A stretch of DNA of 64,000 nucleotides from an uncultured delta proteobacterium (GTDB taxonomy: Bacteria; Myxococcota_A; Polyangia; Polyangiales; Houyiibacteriaceae). Shown one piece after another: positions 56,499 to 64,000 of the stretch (position 1 is the first letter of the stretch; every line of letters starts with the position of its first letter). Made by a program: the position numbers and the translations under genes. The DNA is taken from contig CAWBXS010000001.1 in assembly GCA_963792825.1 (NCBI GenBank), forward strand, positions 130,913 through 194,912. Reading direction: 5' to 3'. The notes beneath the pieces were generated by a model. It did no database searches. It worked only from the letters and a program-made list of their open reading frames with translations, and was not told the DNA's origin.

Positions 56499-58235
56499 AT
56501 GCGGCTGGCCTCGTTGACGTTCCTCTGTTGGAGCCTGCTGGTTTGGTCCGTTGCGGCACAGGCGGAGAGCGACTGGGTGGTCGTGTCAAGCCACTCGGGC
56601 GCGCTGGTCGACTGGACGGACGAGGCGGTATCAAACCTTCGCAAAGAGCTCGAAGCTCAGGGCGTAGCGGTCTTGTCCCAAGAGCGGGCTGTCGCCGAGG
56701 TGGAGGCAAAGGTTTCTGCGCCCTCGTTGGTGCTTGGCGACCCCGAGATCCGTCGTTGGAGGTCTCTGTCTGACGCAGCCGTCAACGACCTTGCGGAAGG
56801 CAACTATGACAGGGCTCTCGACAAGCTGAATTCGGCGCAGGCGATATCGCGAAGAGCAATCGAAGAGCTCAACCGCGATCCCGAACACTCCAGACGGGTC
56901 CTCGATACTTGTCTCTACATCGTGCGTGGTGAGCTTGCGACGCGATCCGAGTCTCGCGCAAGAGCCGTAGCACGCGAGTGCAGGCAGTTGGTGCCTCGCG
57001 GAGAGCCGAGCCCTCAGATGCATCCACCGACCGTGACTGATTTGCTCGATCAGGTGGACGCGCTGCAAGCCAAACAGACCGGTGAGCTTCGAGTGGAAAG
57101 CACTCCCCCCGGATGTGCTGCACGCCTCAACGGGCTCCTTCTAGGCGAGACACCCGTCTCGGTCGGGGATTTGTTTCCTGGAGACTATCGCCTTCAGGTC
57201 GAGTGCAGCACGCAAGCTCGTGGTCGTGTGCACGCGGTGAATGTTGGCGCAGGGAAGACGCTTCGCGAAGTGGACGGGCGATTCGATGGAATTATCGAAA
57301 CCAGGCCGAGCCTGTCGCTCGGTTATCCCAATGCCTCGGAGGAGCGTGAGCACCGGGCGCTCGATGCTCGACGTGTTGGGTTGGCGATTGGCGCCGACGC
57401 GGTCGTTCTCGTTTCGATGCCCACCGCGGACACGCTGGAGGCTGAGCTCATCCCAATTGACGAGGCGGACTCGTCCGTTCGGGTCGCCGTCGCGCGGGTT
57501 TCCATCGGTGCCGAGGGGCCTATCACGTCGGATCTCCGCGCCGCCGCGCGCGCTTTGACTGACCGTCGATGCATGGACTTCACGTCGCCCGAGCCCGTTG
57601 CGCTGCCCTGCAAGGGCCGCGAGGCTGTCGGCGCGGCTCCCGCGGCGACCGACACGTGGCCGGCACACCGTCGGCCGCGCGGCCAATTCATCGCCGGCCT
57701 CACGCTCGTCGGCGTCGGTTTGGCCGGCATTGCGACGGGCTATGCGCTTCTTCTGCCGCGAAGTGATGCCGCCGTGAAATGGGTCAACGAAATCGATACG
57801 GGCGGGCAAGACGCGTCTGCTCAGCAGAAGTGGTTTGACCTCCGAGGAGCGATCATCGCAACGGGCGCTGTCGGTTCGGTGGCGCTGATTGCGGCGATGC
57901 CACTCGCGTTGCCGAAGCGGCAAAAGGCTCCCTGGTGGGCATGGGTGTCCGGCGGCGTGGGATTGGGCTTGGCCGGCTTCTCGATTGCCTGGGGCGTCAC
58001 TGCCGAGGCTGAGCCATCGACCTCGTGCTCGGCTCAGGTCCTCGATTCGGTCGAAGTGCGGAGCTGCGTCAATCGGGGACTACATACGAGCGTCGCCTTG
58101 CTCACGGGCTTGACTTCCGCGCCTCTCATCACGATGCCGTTGGTCTACCTGTTCCGACCCAGTCGCGCTCGGCTCGAGCCGCAAGTCGTCGTGGGACGCA
58201 GCGGAGCTCACCTGGCGCTTCGAGGCCGGTTCTAG
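56499..58235 (+). CDS. Secreted/periplasmic PEGA-domain protein with C-terminal 4-TM region
   Basis: Signal peptide MRLASLTFLCWSLLVWSVAAQA. PEGA-like LRVESTPPGCAARLNGLLLGETPVSVGDLFPGDYRLQVE. Four C-terminal hydrophobic helices follow. Confidence 0.75.
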   Translation: MRLASLTFLCWSLLVWSVAAQAESDWVVVSSHSGALVDWTDEAVSNLRKELEAQGVAVLSQERAVAEVEAKVSAPSLVLGDPEIRRWRSLSDAAVNDLAEGNYDRALDKLNSAQAISRRAIEELNRDPEHSRRVLDTCLYIVRGELATRSESRARAVARECRQLVPRGEPSPQMHPPTVTDLLDQVDALQAKQTGELRVESTPPGCAARLNGLLLGETPVSVGDLFPGDYRLQVECSTQARGRVHAVNVGAGKTLREVDGRFDGIIETRPSLSLGYPNASEEREHRALDARRVGLAIGADAVVLVSMPTADTLEAELIPIDEADSSVRVAVARVSIGAEGPITSDLRAAARALTDRRCMDFTSPEPVALPCKGREAVGAAPAATDTWPAHRRPRGQFIAGLTLVGVGLAGIATGYALLLPRSDAAVKWVNEIDTGGQDASAQQKWFDLRGAIIATGAVGSVALIAAMPLALPKRQKAPWWAWVSGGVGLGLAGFSIAWGVTAEAEPSTSCSAQVLDSVEVRSCVNRGLHTSVALLTGLTSAPLITMPLVYLFRPSRARLEPQVVVGRSGAHLALRGRF

Positions 58236-58375
58236 GAGGCAACTGGCACCTTGTGCATCGCGCGCCGAGGGCCCGCTCGGGCGACCGCTCTATTCACGGA
58301 CGGGGAAAAGTGGTAGCAACGGACTGATTTGTTCCCGAGGGCACGCGCGTGCTCCGATGAGCTGAGGAGGTAGGC

Positions 58376-60064
58376 GTGACAAAGTGCCGAACGACGCCCC
58401 GCTTGGTCGTGGCGCTTCTCGCCGTCACCGCGGCGTTTGGCTTTTCTTCGGGCGCGAACGCACAGACGCCTCCTCAATTCGATCTCAACCAGTTTCGGCC
58501 TTCGGAGCTCGCAACCGACGGCTTCGCGGTGAGTGACGCAGACGGGCAGGGCCATCTGCGCTTTGGCGTCCAGCTCTACATCGACTTCGCGCGGAATCCG
58601 CTGGAGCTCAACGTGACCAATGGCCCGATCCCCGATCAAACCCTTGGGCTCGTTCACTCTCAACTTACCGGTCACCTCCTCTGGAACCTCGGGCTCTGGG
58701 ATCGTTTGGTGATCTTCATGGATCTCCCGTACACGTTCATGCTGAACGACAACCTCTCGGACGCCGCGACCGGGTTCCTCGATTCGATCGGCCAGGGTCC
58801 GCTCATCCCCAGGGGACGCGGCCTCGGTGATTTGTATCTCGGCGCTCGCGGCGTCTTGTACGGGACGCGCGAGAACGTCTTTCAACTGGCGGCGCAGGCG
58901 ATCTTGACCGCGAACACGGCGTCTGCGGCGAGACCCCAGCAGAACTACCTCGGCGAGCCGAACGCGAGCCCCAACATCGGCGGATGGTTCGAGCTGCTCG
59001 GGACCTTCAACGCGGGTCAGTACTTCCGCATTCCTCTCAATGTCGGCTACAAGACCAGTTTCCAGCAGGAGGTTCCCTCTCTCGAGATCGGTAACCAGCT
59101 CACCTTCGGCGCCGCACTCCAGCTTCTGCTCGGACAGGAACGCTTCATGATCACCATGGAAGCTTTCGGCCGCACCGCCGCAGACCCGGGAACGGGGTTC
59201 GGCGGCAGGCAGGAGACCCCGGTCGAGCTCCTCGGAGGATTCAAGTACCTGAATGAAATGGGTGTCACGCTCGGAATTGCAGGCACGGGCGGCGTCACCT
59301 CGGGGTATGGCAATCCCGATTGGCGTCTGATCGGCATGCTCGCCTACACGATGCCGGAGAAGGCCGAAGAAACACCGGTCGACACGGACGGCGACGGTAT
59401 CCTCGATGAGGACGACGCTTGCCCGAACGAGCCGGAGGATTTCGACGGCTTCCAAGACGAGGATGGCTGCCCGGATCTCGACAACGATGCGGATGGGATT
59501 CTCGATCTCGCCGATGCATGTCCGAACGAGCCAGGGCCTCCTGAAAACGACGGCTGTCCCGATACCGACCGGGACGGTGATGGGGTCCCCGACCGGATCG
59601 ACAACTGCCCGGATGAGCCCGGCCCCGTCGAGAACCAGGGTTGCCCCGAGGAGCAGCACGTCGTCATCGAAGAGAGTCGGCTCGAGATCCTGGACAAGAT
59701 CTACTTCAACGTGGACAGCGCCACGATTCAGAAGCGGTCGTATCCGGTTCTCGACAACGTAGCGGAGGTGCTCGACGCTCATCCCGAGATCTCTCTCGTC
59801 CGAGTCGAGGGCCATACGGACTCGACGGGTTCGGACGGCTACAACCTGCGGCTGTCGCAGCGGCGCGCTGCCTCGGTCGTGCGCTATCTCGTCGAACGGG
59901 GCGGAGTGAGCAAGGACCGCCTCGTGGCAGAGGGGTTTGGGGAAACGCGCCCGCTCGTCCCTGACGCGAAAACGAAAGCACAGCTCGCGCAGAACCGTCG
60001 CGTGGAGTTCCACATCGCGGAAGGCGAACTGGAAGACCCGGAGGAGGCGCTAAGCGATCCGTAA
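58376..60064 (+). CDS. OmpA-family outer-membrane protein with thrombospondin type-3 (TSP3) Ca-binding repeats
   Basis: GTG start after an AGGAGG RBS. It has a signal peptide and an N-terminal beta-rich region. TSP3 repeats are DTDGDGILDEDDACPNEPEDFDGFQDEDGCPDLDNDADGILDLADACPNEPG...DTDRDGDGVPDRIDNCPDEPG. The OmpA C-like domain reads VRVEGHTDSTGSDGYNLRLSQRRAASVVRYL. Confidence 0.9.
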   Translation: MTKCRTTPRLVVALLAVTAAFGFSSGANAQTPPQFDLNQFRPSELATDGFAVSDADGQGHLRFGVQLYIDFARNPLELNVTNGPIPDQTLGLVHSQLTGHLLWNLGLWDRLVIFMDLPYTFMLNDNLSDAATGFLDSIGQGPLIPRGRGLGDLYLGARGVLYGTRENVFQLAAQAILTANTASAARPQQNYLGEPNASPNIGGWFELLGTFNAGQYFRIPLNVGYKTSFQQEVPSLEIGNQLTFGAALQLLLGQERFMITMEAFGRTAADPGTGFGGRQETPVELLGGFKYLNEMGVTLGIAGTGGVTSGYGNPDWRLIGMLAYTMPEKAEETPVDTDGDGILDEDDACPNEPEDFDGFQDEDGCPDLDNDADGILDLADACPNEPGPPENDGCPDTDRDGDGVPDRIDNCPDEPGPVENQGCPEEQHVVIEESRLEILDKIYFNVDSATIQKRSYPVLDNVAEVLDAHPEISLVRVEGHTDSTGSDGYNLRLSQRRAASVVRYLVERGGVSKDRLVAEGFGETRPLVPDAKTKAQLAQNRRVEFHIAEGELEDPEEALSDP

Positions 60065-60095
60065 CCCGGCCCGAGACGCGGCGCGCCCTTGAAGA

Positions 60096-61292
60096 TCAGG
60101 TTCCCGTCAGCGAAATCGTGATTTCGCAGACTCCGCCGTCCGTGCCGCCCGCACCGCCCGTGCCCATGCCGCCGCTGCCACCTGCGCCGCCGGTTGCACC
60201 GCTACCACCCATGCCGCCCGTGCCACCTGCGCCGCCGGTTGCACCGCTACCACCCATGCCGCCCGCGCCGCCCATGCCCGCCGCGCCGCCGGTTGCACCA
60301 CTACCGCCCATGCCGCCTGCGCCGCCGGTTGCGCCGCTACCGCCCATGCCGCCTGCGCCGCCGGTTGCGCCGCTACCGCCCATGCCGCCTGCGCCGCCGG
60401 TTGCACCACTACCGCCCATGCCACCTGCGCCGCCGGTTGCACCGCTACCGCCCATGCCGCCTGCGCCGCCGCCACCACCTGCGCCGCCGGTTGCGCCGCT
60501 ACCGCCCATGCCACCTGCGCCGCCGGTTGCACCGCTACCGCCCATGCCGCCGCTGCCGTTTCCTCCCGTGCCACCCGTTCCGCCCTCGTCGACGCAGCGG
60601 ATCGCGACCATCCAGCTATCGACGCAATACGCGAAACCGTCGTCGCTCACGGCGATCGTCAGTGAGTGAACACCGGTCTCTTCACAGGTGTAGAAGGTGG
60701 CCGCCGTAGAGGGGTTTGCGAAGGTCCCACCGTCGCCGGTCCAGGCGTAGGCAATCGGGTCGCCTTCCTCGTCCTCTGCTTGCGAGCTCACCGCGATCCG
60801 GTTTCCGATCGAGGTCTGGAGCGGAGCCACCACGGCCTTGGTGAGGTCGGAACAGATGTTGAGCTTGCCGTTCACTCGAACGGCGCCGAAACGTTGGCCC
60901 AGCTTACATCGAAGGAGCACGCCCACTTCGGTCGAAACGCCTGCGGTGACGTCGAACATCGCTGACCCTCGGCAGCGGGTATCGCCATCTTCCGCGCTGG
61001 CTTCGAGATCGATCACGTAGCTTCCGGGGTTCAGCCCGAAGACTTCCACCGAGGGTGTGGCGCCTGGGGCGCTCGTGTCGATCGCGCCCGACATGGGGTC
61101 CATGGCGTTGCCGGTGAGGGTCCAGAGCACCTCGTCGAGGACGATGCTCCGAGCTTCCCCGTCCACGTTGACCTCGAGATCGATGCGCACCTCAGAATAG
61201 CAAGGGACCGACACGGAGTTGCCGCTACAGCTGGCCGCGAGCAGCGCGACGGCTACCAAGAGCAACGAGGAAGATTTTCGCTTGGGCACCAT
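60096..61292 (-). CDS. Lipoprotein with two beta-sandwich (PKD/Ig-like) domains and a long C-terminal (GGMGGSGATGGA)n glycine repeat
   Basis: Trimmed to ATG 61292 (GAAGGA RBS): MVPKRKSSSLLLVAVALLAASC (lipobox). PKD-like DPIAYAWTGDGGTF...HSLTIAVSDD. A ~135-aa glycine repeat follows, ending ...GGVCEITISLTGT. Confidence 0.8.
   Translation of the reverse strand: MVPKRKSSSLLLVAVALLAASCSGNSVSVPCYSEVRIDLEVNVDGEARSIVLDEVLWTLTGNAMDPMSGAIDTSAPGATPSVEVFGLNPGSYVIDLEASAEDGDTRCRGSAMFDVTAGVSTEVGVLLRCKLGQRFGAVRVNGKLNICSDLTKAVVAPLQTSIGNRIAVSSQAEDEEGDPIAYAWTGDGGTFANPSTAATFYTCEETGVHSLTIAVSDDGFAYCVDSWMVAIRCVDEGGTGGTGGNGSGGMGGSGATGGAGGMGGSGATGGAGGGGGAGGMGGSGATGGAGGMGGSGATGGAGGMGGSGATGGAGGMGGSGATGGAGGMGGSGATGGAAGMGGAGGMGGSGATGGAGGTGGMGGSGATGGAGGSGGMGTGGAGGTDGGVCEITISLTGT
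60160..60565 (-). repeat. Near-perfect 36-bp coding tandem repeat (about 9-10 units, some with 9/18-bp indels)
   Basis: The plus-strand unit is cctgcgccgccggttgcRccRctaccgcccatgccg. Met-codon complements (cat) at 60309, 60345, 60381, 60417 and 60453 are exactly 36 nt apart. Flanking units are offset by 18, 45 or 54 nt. Confidence 0.9.
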
Positions 61293-61477
61293 AGATCCTT
61301 CTTTGGGAACGTAAGACGGCCGGGCGAGGCCAAGAAAATCGAGGCTACATCGGAGGTTGGCTCTAGTAAACACTGAATACGAGAGACTGTCCCTCGCACC
61401 TTTGGGTCAGAAGAGACACATGGTGACTCCCGAGCGACGGCGGTAGTGTTAGGTCTCTCTCGGGAATCCCAGAGGAG

Positions 61478-62896
61478 GTGCGTATGAGTATCTCGATCGC
61501 CACCCTGAATGGAGACACCAAGAAGGTCTCTGACGAGGCAGTCGCGGCGCTGGAAGCATCGCTGCGAGGAAGCCTACTCAAACCCGAATCCGACGGGTAC
61601 GACGAAGCCCGCACGATTTGGAACGCGATGATCGACCGGCGGCCCGCCTTGATCGCGCGATGCACCGGTGCCGCGGATGTGATGCGCTCGGTCCGCTTTG
61701 CTGCCGAGAATAATCTGTTGCTGGCAGTTCGCGGCGCGGGGCACAACATCGCCGGCAAGGCCGTGTACGACGATGCATTCTTGATCGACCTTTCCCAATT
61801 GCGTTCGGTCCATGTCGACCCAAAGCGCGCGATTGCGTGGGTCGAGCCAGGCGCCACCCTCGGCGACTTGGACGACGAAACCCAGGCGTTTGGTCTTGCA
61901 ACGCCGGTAGGGATCAACTCGACGACCGGCGTCGCGGGGCTGACGCTTGGCGGCGGCTTCGGCTGGCTGAGCCGCAAATACGGGCTCACGATCGACAACC
62001 TTCGCTCGGTGGATGTCGTCACTGCCAAAGGCGAGGTCGTCCATGCGAGCGAAGCCGAAAACCCGGACCTCTTTTGGGGAGTCCGTGGCGGTGGAGGGAA
62101 CTTCGGCGTCGTCACGGCGTTCGAGCTCAATCTCCACGAGGTGAACACCGAGATCCTCTCGGGGCCGGTGATCTATCCGCTATCCGCGGGACGACAGGTC
62201 CTCCAGCACTACCGGGACTTCGCTCGGGACATGCCCGAGGACCTCAACGTCTGGGCCGTGCTCCGCAAGGCTCCGCCGTTCCCCTTTCTTCCCGCAAGCG
62301 CGCATGGCCAAGAGGTCGTCATTCTGGCGGCGGCTTGGTTCGGAGACGTGGGCGCAGGCAAGAAGGCCCTGAAACCGCTCGACCGCTTCGGGCCCGTCCT
62401 CGGGACCGGCGTCGGACCTCACCCCTTCGTGGGTTGGCAAGCGGCATTCGATCCACTCCTCACACCTGGATCACGCAACTACTGGAAGTCTCACAACTTC
62501 ACGGAGATTGAAGACGGTCTCATCGACGTCGCGCTCGACTACACGGCGCGGTTACCCTCGGACCAGACGGAGATCTTCTTTGGTCGGCTTGGCGGGGCGG
62601 TGAACCAGATTCCCGTCGATGCGACGGCGTACCCGCACCGGGACGCCGAGTACGTCATGAACGTACACGCACGCTGGGAAAAGCCGAGCAGCGATGCAAA
62701 GTGCATCGCTTGGGCGCGCAGTTACTTCGAAGCAACCGCGCCGTATGCGACCGGCGGGGTCTACGTGAACTTCGTCCCCGATGGAGAGGACCCCATCGAA
62801 TCCGCGTATGGCCCGAACCAGGATCGACTCGTCCGAGTCAAGCGCAAGTACGATCCGAACAATCTGTTTCGTTTGAATCAGAACATCCGCCCATGA
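61478..62896 (+). CDS. FAD-linked oxidase with berberine-bridge-enzyme (BBE)-like C-terminus
   Basis: FAD_binding_4-type LLLAVRGAGHNIAG, GINSTTGVAGLTLGGGFGWLSRKYG and LFWGVRGGGGNFGVVT. C-terminal YDPNNLFRLNQNI. Confidence 0.85.
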   Translation: MRMSISIATLNGDTKKVSDEAVAALEASLRGSLLKPESDGYDEARTIWNAMIDRRPALIARCTGAADVMRSVRFAAENNLLLAVRGAGHNIAGKAVYDDAFLIDLSQLRSVHVDPKRAIAWVEPGATLGDLDDETQAFGLATPVGINSTTGVAGLTLGGGFGWLSRKYGLTIDNLRSVDVVTAKGEVVHASEAENPDLFWGVRGGGGNFGVVTAFELNLHEVNTEILSGPVIYPLSAGRQVLQHYRDFARDMPEDLNVWAVLRKAPPFPFLPASAHGQEVVILAAAWFGDVGAGKKALKPLDRFGPVLGTGVGPHPFVGWQAAFDPLLTPGSRNYWKSHNFTEIEDGLIDVALDYTARLPSDQTEIFFGRLGGAVNQIPVDATAYPHRDAEYVMNVHARWEKPSSDAKCIAWARSYFEATAPYATGGVYVNFVPDGEDPIESAYGPNQDRLVRVKRKYDPNNLFRLNQNIRP

Positions 62897-62911
62897 TGGG
62901 GATCGTCGGGG

Positions 62912-63760
62912 TCAGTCACGGTCGCGGGCGACGATGGCGCCGCCCACGCCGCCGAGGATGATCACACTGGCGATGGCGAGGCGAGCGGAAGGCTTCTCGC
63001 CGAGCACGACGATGCCACCGGCAGCCGCAATCACCGGAACGGCGAGCTGCACGATGGCCGCCCGGGTCGCCGTCAAGCTGCGAAGTGCGATGTACCAGAT
63101 CACGTACCCGAGCCCCGAGGTGATCGCACCGGAAGTCATCGCGAGAGCCGCCCCGCGCGTCGACGTGTGGAGGGCAGCCGAGGACATCAAGAGCCCTGCG
63201 ATCGCCATTACGAATGCCCTGGCGAAATTGCCCGCCGTCGCCGCCACGGGCGCTGAGCTTCCCTTACCGCGGAGCGAATAGACGCCCCAGCCGACCCCCG
63301 ACGCGATCATCAACGCCGCCCCGAGCGGATCGGGTGCCGTGATCCCGGGCAGCACCAGGTAGACGAGCCCCGCCACTGCCACGACGAGACCGATCCACTC
63401 CTGGGGCCTCGGGCGTTCCCCCTGCCGCAAGGCGGCTCCGATCATGGTGGCCTGCACCGAACCGAACAGGATCAAGGCGCCCATGCCTGTCTCGAGTGAT
63501 ACGTAAGCCAGCGAGAACGCCATCGCATAGGCGAATAGCGCCAGTCCCGACCCCCAAGATCCGGCGAGGCGCCCCTCCGGCCGGGGCTCCGACATCGAGG
63601 CCGACAACGGGACGAGAATCGCGACGCCACTGCCGAGGCGAATCACTGTAAACGCTACGGGGTCGATGAGGCCGGGCCCGAGCGCCATCCTGCAAAGCAG
63701 CGAGTTGGCCGCAAACGCAACGAGGGTAATCCCGGTGAGTGCGACGGCCCGGAGGGTCAC
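62912..63760 (-). CDS. EamA/DMT-family transporter
   Basis: Ten hydrophobic segments in two EamA-like halves. The start is uncertain. GTG 63760 gives a typical ~282 aa, while the track ORF extends to GTG 63856 and would overlap the divergent gene. Confidence 0.75.
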   Translation of the reverse strand: MTLRAVALTGITLVAFAANSLLCRMALGPGLIDPVAFTVIRLGSGVAILVPLSASMSEPRPEGRLAGSWGSGLALFAYAMAFSLAYVSLETGMGALILFGSVQATMIGAALRQGERPRPQEWIGLVVAVAGLVYLVLPGITAPDPLGAALMIASGVGWGVYSLRGKGSSAPVAATAGNFARAFVMAIAGLLMSSAALHTSTRGAALAMTSGAITSGLGYVIWYIALRSLTATRAAIVQLAVPVIAAAGGIVVLGEKPSARLAIASVIILGGVGGAIVARDRD

Positions 63761-63840
63761 GAGAGGAGGGTACCTCGATCGGTGAGGGCTTTGTCTACCG
63801 CCGAGTCTCAGACCTGCTAGCGTCGCCGCGGGGGAACGGA

Positions 63841-64000
63841 ATGAGAACCACCGCACTGTTGACCGGTGCCGCGGGTAAGGTAGGCAAGTACGTCATCGGC
63901 GCATTGGCGCGGCGCGGCATCGGGGTCGTGGCCACCGACATCGTCTCGGAGGGGGTCCCCCGCGATGTTCGGTTCGAACCCTGTGATCTCACCGATGCCC
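63841..64000 (+). CDS. NAD-dependent epimerase/dehydratase-family protein (partial; continues beyond window end)
   Basis: My translation from ATG 63841 gives MRTTALLTGAAGKVGKYVIGALARRGIGVVATDIVSEGVPRDVRFEPCDLTDA. This is a TGxxGxxG Rossmann motif with no stop before the window end. Confidence 0.65.
   Translation, partial: MRTTALLTGAAGKVGKYVIGALARRGIGVVATDIVSEGVPRDVRFEPCDLTDA

Noticed and set aside
58244-58258. TGGCACcttgtGCAT just after the PEGA gene stop and 130 nt upstream of the OmpA gene. It is tempting as a fourth sigma-54 promoter.
   Set aside because: The GG and GC elements are separated by 8 nt, not the required 10, so this is not a canonical -24/-12 promoter.
58232-60013. A 593-aa ORF on the minus strand, fully antisense to the OmpA/TSP3 gene.
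   Set aside because: This is a typical high-GC antisense artefact. The product is Arg/Val/Glu/Leu-rich with no motifs, whereas the plus-strand frame carries unmistakable TSP3 and OmpA motifs, a signal peptide and an RBS.
60160-60565. A regular short repeat array that might look like a CRISPR.
   Set aside because: The units are directly abutting 36-bp tandem copies with no unique spacers. They are in frame within a coding sequence, and no cas genes are present.
60118-60709. Plus-strand ORFs encoding PPAPPVAPLPPMPP-type proline repeats (60118..60669 and 60194..60709), and an analogous 46700..47512 minus-strand ORF with PPMPAAPPAPAMPPVPAVPP.
   Set aside because: They are the reverse-complement reading of the glycine-repeat coding tracts (GGN complement gives NCC). 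The Gly-reading frames belong to ORFs with lipoprotein signals, RBSs and folded domains, whereas the Pro-reading frames have none.

Overview
This is a high-GC chromosomal segment. Gene content suggests Myxococcota, and that taxon call is inference: many Ser/Thr-kinase, sigma-54-activator and PEGA genes, TSP3-OmpA, and glycine-tract lipoproteins. I support about 58 protein-coding genes, two tRNAs (tRNA-Glu-UUC and tRNA-Lys-UUU, minus strand), three hairpin terminators and several promoter candidates. I saw no rRNA, CRISPR array, transposase, integrase or recognisable defence genes.

Gene content by region:
- **1-31 kb, envelope and housekeeping:** TPR protein, M50 protease, HAD, DUF547, secreted proteins and lipoproteins, a ~1000-aa NlpC/P60 lipoprotein, two MepA-like M74 endopeptidases, a Wzz/PCP-like protein, mutA-mutB-meaB, AI-2E transporter, RNase D, TetR, crotonase, two YbjQ genes, ugd, SRAP and an acyl-CoA dehydrogenase.
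- **31-47 kb, mixed and lipid-type enzymes:** YceI, DUF3556, PPK2, a lipoprotein nucleoside hydrolase, sulfotransferase, CrtI-family and geranylgeranyl-reductase-family flavoenzymes, a saccharopine-dehydrogenase-like reductase, a bacterial TMEM97/EXPERA-like membrane protein and an acyl-CoA synthetase.
- **47-61 kb, next to the tRNAs:** four small glycine-tract and cysteine-rich lipoproteins, an S8 protease, a GAF-sigma-54 activator plus PEGA Ser/Thr kinase operon, a PEGA membrane protein, a TSP3-OmpA protein and a lipoprotein carrying a near-perfect 36-bp tandem repeat.

The most interesting observation is three -24/-12 (sigma-54-type) promoter matches. Each sits in an intergenic region directly upstream of the secreted lipoprotein and S8 protease genes, beside the activator/kinase operon. 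Together they look like a self-contained, uncharacterised sigma-54-controlled secretome module.

Many long ORFs in the supplied track are antisense or alternate-frame artefacts of the high GC content and were not called.
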